Below, in pieces: positions 57,841 to 64,000 of a stretch of DNA of 64,000 nt; within the stretch, counting starts at the first letter, position 1, and every line of letters begins with the position of its first letter. A program made the translations under genes and the position numbers. The notes under the pieces were generated by a model that was not told where the DNA came from, did not search any database, and saw only the letters and a list, made by a program, of their open reading frames with translations. Source of the stretch: Eledone cirrhosa (lineage: Eukaryota); assembly GCA_964016885.1 (NCBI GenBank), contig OZ024762.1, positions 17,546,001-17,610,000 of the forward strand. Direction: 5' to 3'.

Positions 57841-58926
57841 CAACAGGTTCTGGTCCACAATTATTGTCTCTCCTCCTTCTGCACATTATACCTCTACTAC
57901 AATGGTCTCTGTTCCTCCCCAGCCCATAAATATGATGTTCCCTCTCTACCTCTACTACAATGGTCTCTGCTCCTCCCCAACCCTAAATATGCTGTTCCCT
58001 CTCTACCTCTACTACAGTGGTCTCTGCTTCTCCCCAGCCCCTAAATATGCCGTTCCCTCTGCCTATTCTATCTCTACTACTGTAGTCCCTGCTCCTCAGA
58101 GGTTGCTGGTCTCCACTGAAACACTCATCAGTTATGTTGAAAGCCTCTGGTCTATATAGTCACTACATTGAAGACATCCAACTCTGTTTTCTTCAAACCC
58201 ACCATAACTTAACTCCTCTGCTGCTGTAGCTGAAACAATGGTTAGGTTTTTCACTCACCATGGATACCTTTCCATCCTGTTCTAAGTTACCCTTACCAGT
58301 GTCTGTGGAGTCCATTGCTCTACCAATCTTCCTCCTTCACACGACAATCACCTTCTGTTATTTTTCCCCTTTCAAAAAACTTACAACCATAAGAAACTCC
58401 TTGTCCACAGTTCCTGAAAAAGTTTCGGGATAAAAGAACTGGTGTAAACCTCCTTTGAGATGTAACCTTGTAGGAGGTCAGTGTATATATATATAAGTGT
58501 AAAGAGAGCTGGATGATGATCAACGAGATTACAGGAAGGAAGAGAAGTAGTTTGAGTTAGATCTGGGGATAAGAAGAGGCTGGACCATTTTAAGACCCTA
58601 CTAGGAGAGCCACCTTCGACAGCCCAGAATACCAGGGAGATCAGACAGCTGTTTGAGGAACTGGATATTGAGACAGGACCTTCGCCAGAGAGGGGCTTCA
58701 GCGAACCAAGAAGATCATGACCCATGGGGAGGCATCAAAAGTGATGATGAGGTGTGATTTTGATGATATCATCCTGGAGTTCTGTAACCAGGCACTGGAG
58801 AAAGTTGCCCTTGATCACTAACATCATCTCAGTACCAAAGAAGGGAGATCTTTCTAACATGAACAACTACAGGGGAATCTCATTGATGTCACTTGTGGCA
58901 AAGACCCTCAACAGAATCCAGCCCGA

Positions 58927-58986
<60 letters not shown>

Positions 58987-59625
58987 GAATTTTCTGTACT
59001 ATGGCCACATATTGTTTCCTTTATTTAAGTGTTGTGTTTGCACCACCTTAATCCATAAACTTTGGTGTAAGCAGGATTAAGCACTCTATCTATCCAACAG
59101 TGGTATTGGATTGCTTATAACACATATATCAGTGTATATATATAGTTTGTTTTTTTGTCCCTTTCATTTCATAAAACCAAATACCTAGTTAGCTACAACT
59201 ACACTGTACTAAACACACTATATATATATACCATGTATGATGATGTCCAAGGATGATTCAAGTTAGCATTAGTTACATTCTAGAAATATCCCATATTGCT
59301 CAATGCACACTCTGAAGGTTTCCTTTTGTCTTCCTCACATGAAACAGAACTATCAGAGTCATTCTTTTTCACCGATGAATCAAGAACATCATAAAGTTGT
59401 ACATGAGTTGGCAGTGAATTTTGATTGCTCCACCAAGTCCTATGATAATGAACCTAACCACAATATCTCGCAGTTCTAGCATCACTTCTTCAAAGCCAGC
59501 CTATGAGCTTTTCAGCTGATCCTCTTTTGTAGAGAAGAATGTTTATATAAATGTAGCTTTGTGTGTCTGACTAGAGAAGATTTAGTTGTGTTTATTTGAC
59601 AAGGTAAGTATTTATATATAACTGT

Positions 59626-59970
59626 GGAGGCACATGGCTTAGTGGTTAGAGCATTGGGCTTGCAATCGAAAGGTTGTGAGTTCAATTCTCAGACTGGGTG
59701 ATGTGTTGTTTCCTTGAGCAAGACACTTTATTTCACATTGCTCCAGTTTACTCAGCTGTAGAAATGAGATGATAGGGACTGGGGTCCCTATAATTCCACT
59801 GCAAAGTGGTCGTGGAGGTGCCACGGCAAAAAAGCACCCAGCACTCACTGTAAATGAGGTTGGTGTTAGGAAGGGCATCCAGCTGTAGAAATCAAGCCAG
59901 CATCAATTCCCGTCCCACCCTTGCAAGCAGGGAAAAGCGGACGTAAAATGAAATGATGATGATGATGATG
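59626..59970 (+). mobile_element. tRNA-derived SINE with CORE-like body and RTE-derived 3' tail
   Basis: A box tggcttagtggttaga, B box gagttcaattc, body ccttgagcaagacactt, tail cccacccttgcaagcagggaaaagcggacgtaaaatg..(atg)n. Confidence 0.88.
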
Positions 59971-61004
59971 AACTGTATCTATGTGTAAGTCTAGAGTAGG
60001 TTTAATTTCTTAGAAGAGGTATATATAAATGTAGCTTTATATGTTATGTGTGTGTAGAGAGAAGATGTTTTGTTTATTAGACAAAGTAAGTATGTATATA
60101 TGAATGTAACAGAAAATGCCTTCAGTTCTCTTAATTAAAATCCTGCTGAGGTCAACTTTGCCTTTCATCCATTTGAGGTTGATAAAACAAAGTACCAGTC
60201 TAGTATTGAGGTTGATTCTTCTGTTTCTCTGGAAGAAATCTGCTGTATTCAGACCTGGAGAGGAGATGGGTCTGCCAGGTTTTAAAAAGTGCCCTAGAAA
60301 TACTGTATGTCAATGTGTGGCCTGTATGACTCCCTTAGGAGTTGCAGGTCCATGCATACATGTAACTCTCACAGTTTGGAAGTTCTGCATTCATCACATT
60401 GCTCCAGCACTCACAGCCGAGGAGTTAGTCCTGTGGTAGACCAGCGTACTATCCAGGGAGAGTCTTGTACTCCCAGACACTTAACACCAAGCAAACTGGT
60501 CATAAGCTGAGAACAGTCTTTATATATTATACTAAATTTTGGTCTAATCACATATCGATGAAGGAAATCATGGTCTTAAGATGCTTATTACCAAAATAGA
60601 TAATTAGTGATTGATACTAATTACTAAGATCGATGGTTTGCATTTTTTTATTTTCTGTATTAACATAAACATTACTATCTTGAAGTAAATATACTTATTG
60701 TTCTGTATATATATATGTATTAAATACTAGTAGTTTAAACTTGTTACATATAGAAACGGGATGAAAGTAAGGTAACACGGTCGTGAAAAAGTAATTTCTT
60801 TCTGAAAATATTTCGGAGACGAAGTATAATATTGATAATTATTCGGTAGAGATCTCAACTCTCACCATACGAAATATATATATTCAGAAAGAGATATTTC
60901 TCCACGCCCTCAGTTATCTCGTCTTCATTCCGTTTCTATATATATATTTTTTTTTAATAAATAAAATTCTAACTATAAGTATGACTAATTTACTCAGTAG
61001 AGTT

Positions 61005-61158
61005 GCGCTCTGTGCATGGCGCTGCACGTAACGTTTCGGGCTTCGCTGTCGTACTTCGGTATGGCATGACCATTCTATGTGTCTGAAGATCGAATCGTTG
61101 CGGCGGCAGCAGCCCGGCTTTATGCTGGCCTGCGTCCCCGCCTCGCATTGATTTTTTT
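61005..61158 (+). ncRNA. Putative Pol III structured small RNA gene, copy D (diverged paralog)
   Basis: TATAAGT at 60974 (31 nt upstream, as in A), same UUCG hairpin, B box GATCGAATC, T7 at 61152-61158. Confidence 0.6.
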
Positions 61159-62604
61159 ACTAAAAAATTCGCCGAGAGTTATCGTTTGAATTACTTGCCC
61201 CTGATTGGAACTATTCTCGTTTGTTGTCATTCTTCTTTATTGAATTAAACTGTTAACATCGTTTGGATTTACTCGTGTAATTTGATAGAATCAGTCTGGA
61301 TATTATACTAATGGTGAGAGGTATGTAATGTTTTATTTGCCGTATATACACTCACAGACATACATTATTCTATATGCCTTTCATCCTTATGCGGTCGATA
61401 AAATAAAGTACCAGTAATGCACTGGATAATTGCTGGCCTTGTGCCAAAAGTAGAAACAATTATTCTATATACAGAAAGATTCTAGAGACGTACATATTGT
61501 TTTATTTAAACCTAAATACACACACAAAACTAGATTTATATATATATAAATGTTCTTTAGCTGAGGTAAAATACCCTCTAATTTACCTATACGAACGCTT
61601 TATTTGCCATGTATATTTTAATTCATTGCTAAACACTCGAAAATACAGTCTTAGATATATATATTAACTTTCTTTAGTGTATGCATTCACCTCTATAATC
61701 CATACACTGGAAGAAACGTTTCCTATCTAGATCAATATACACATATAAAGCTACATTTATATATACACCTTCATTCTTCTAAAGAGGTATGTAATCTTTT
61801 AGTTGTCCCTTAAATTCATCGATAAACACGTAAGTTATTCCTGAGACACAAGAATATATTTCACTACCCTTCATATACAGGAGGAATGTTAGAGACGTAA
61901 ATGTATAATATAACCGTCTTTTTACTAAGAATAATAACTAAAACCCCTTCATACTCAGGAAAACTAAACATTCTATCTACATACACCGCCTTCTGTCTTA
62001 TTCATAGTGGTACATTGTTAGAAGTAACTAACTAAGCCTTCTCTCGACACTATCATTGCATATTTTAAAATCCACTTCTTTATATACTATATTTAGGTTT
62101 AATCAATACATATATTGATGATTGGAATCATGGTCTTAAGATTACCCAAATCGATACTAACTATTACAAATACAGATCTCTCTAAGGCTATGTTACCTAC
62201 ATATTAATTGTTCTGAAAAGATGCATCAGTCTTCTCCTCTATGGAGCAGAAACGTGGCCCCTCACAAAGACGATTGACAGCAGTGCCCTGAGGACCATCG
62301 CAGCCTTAGTCTCGTTCAACGCAGTAGCACCTGGTCGGCTCTACCCATGATGATGCCGGTCTAGTCTAACAAGAATAGATGTACAAAATACTCGAATATA
62401 AGGTGACCCTCCTCCCTATCTTATGTCTGAGAAGTGGGCAAAAATGCGAACCTTATTTACGTAGAATTTGAAGTTGGCGAAAATGGTCAAACTATTGACT
62501 CCCTATATAAGTCAACCCTTTACGACATATTCCCTGGCTTCTATTCGTGTATATCCCGTTATATATGTACAAAACACTAGCAGTTACTTAATGGCTATAT
62601 ATCC

Positions 62605-62804
62605 NNNNNNNNNNNNNNNNNNNNNNNNNNNNNNNNNNNNNNNNNNNNNNNNNNNNNNNNNNNNNNNNNNNNNNNNNNNNNNNNNNNNNNNNNNNNNNNN
62701 NNNNNNNNNNNNNNNNNNNNNNNNNNNNNNNNNNNNNNNNNNNNNNNNNNNNNNNNNNNNNNNNNNNNNNNNNNNNNNNNNNNNNNNNNNNNNNNNNNNN
62801 NNNN
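62605..62804. other. Assembly gap (200 N)
   Basis: Run of N. Confidence 0.99.
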
Positions 62805-63420
62805 TACTATAGAATACTGTATTATATATGTATATATACTTACTTCTATAGAACAATACACATATTAATACCTTTACTTCTGTATACATACTGGTAAGTA
62901 TGAGAGAGATATAGAATATATATTCTATATATACAGAAATATCTAAACTTACTATAGAATACTGTATTATATATAATCTATTCTATATGTATATATACTT
63001 ACTTCTATAGAACAAAACACGTATTAATACCTTTACTTCTGTATACATACTGGTAAGTATGAGAGATATATTCTATATATACAGAAAGAGGTAAACTTAC
63101 TATAGAATACTGTATTATATATAATCTATTCTATATGTATATATGCTTACTTCTATAGAACAATACACATATTAATACCTTTACTTCTGTATACATACTG
63201 GTAAGTATGAGAGAGAGATATATTCTATATATATACAGAAAGAGGTAAACTTACTATAGAATACTGTATTATATATAATCTATTCTATATATACTTCTAT
63301 AGAACAAAACACACATTAATACCTTTACTTCTGTATACATACTGATATGTATGAGAGATATAGAATACATATTCTATATATACAGAAAGAGGTAAACTTA
63401 CTATAGAATCCTGTATTCTA
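62805..63420 (+). repeat. ~150-160-bp satellite, same family and orientation as 41720-43100
   Basis: Same unit sequence. Confidence 0.95.
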
Positions 63421-64000
63421 TATATATACACATATGTATGTATATATATACATATGTATATATATATATACATATGTATGTATACATACGTAGATATACA
63501 TATGTATGTATACATACGTATGTATGTATATATATGTATACATACATAGGTATGTATACATACATACCTATGTAGAAACACATACGTATGTATGTAGAAA
63601 CACATACGTATGTATATATATACATACGTATGTATATATATACATACGTATGTGTATATATACATACGTATGTGTATATATATACATACGTATGTGTATA
63701 CATATACATACGTATGTGTATACATGCATACGTATGGATGTATGTATATATATACATACGTATGTATATATATGTATGTATGTATGTGTACATACATACG
63801 TATGTATATATACATACGTATGTGTATATATATACATACGTATGTATATATATACACATACGTATGTATTTATATACATACGTATGTATGTATGTATACA
63901 TACGTATGTATATATATATACACATACGTATGTATTTATATACATACGTATGTATGTATATATATACATACATATGTATATACATACGTATATATACATA
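63420..64000. repeat. (TAYR)n microsatellite field
   Basis: Directly visible. Confidence 0.97.

Larger units (their letters stand above)
47877..62604. repeat. Near-perfect palindrome: arms 47877-54079 and 56415-62604 (right arm runs into the gap), ~2.3-kb spacer
   Basis: Identical ORF peptides mirrored (e.g. 50603+/59639-, 51758+/58381-, 52324-/57815+); sequence is reverse-complementary throughout. Confidence 0.96.

Noticed and set aside
59626-59700. tRNA gene
   Set aside because: Cloverleaf is not intact and it continues into a SINE body and LINE tail

Overview
AT-rich eukaryotic non-coding DNA. The repeat families suggest a mollusc, probably a cephalopod (inference from recalled repeats, not a search). 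No intact protein-coding gene is supported, and the long Tyr/Ile/His ORFs are microsatellite artefacts. Positions 1-29661 are a ~11.3-kb tandem segmental duplication (2.6 copies) built from decayed Helitron, CRE-type, RTE and foldback elements. Positions ~38.4-62.6 kb form two overlapping inverted duplications: an older diverged one around a satellite block, and a near-perfect palindrome with ~6.2-kb arms. Together they carry four copies of an unidentified GC-rich, structured ~155-165-nt RNA-gene-like cassette with TATA at -31, Pol III A/B boxes, an oligo-T terminator, a C(UUCG)G hairpin and a compensatory base-pair swap. The palindrome spacer holds an 88-bp satellite derived from mariner ends and an inverted Penelope-like repeat with a minimal hammerhead ribozyme motif on each strand.
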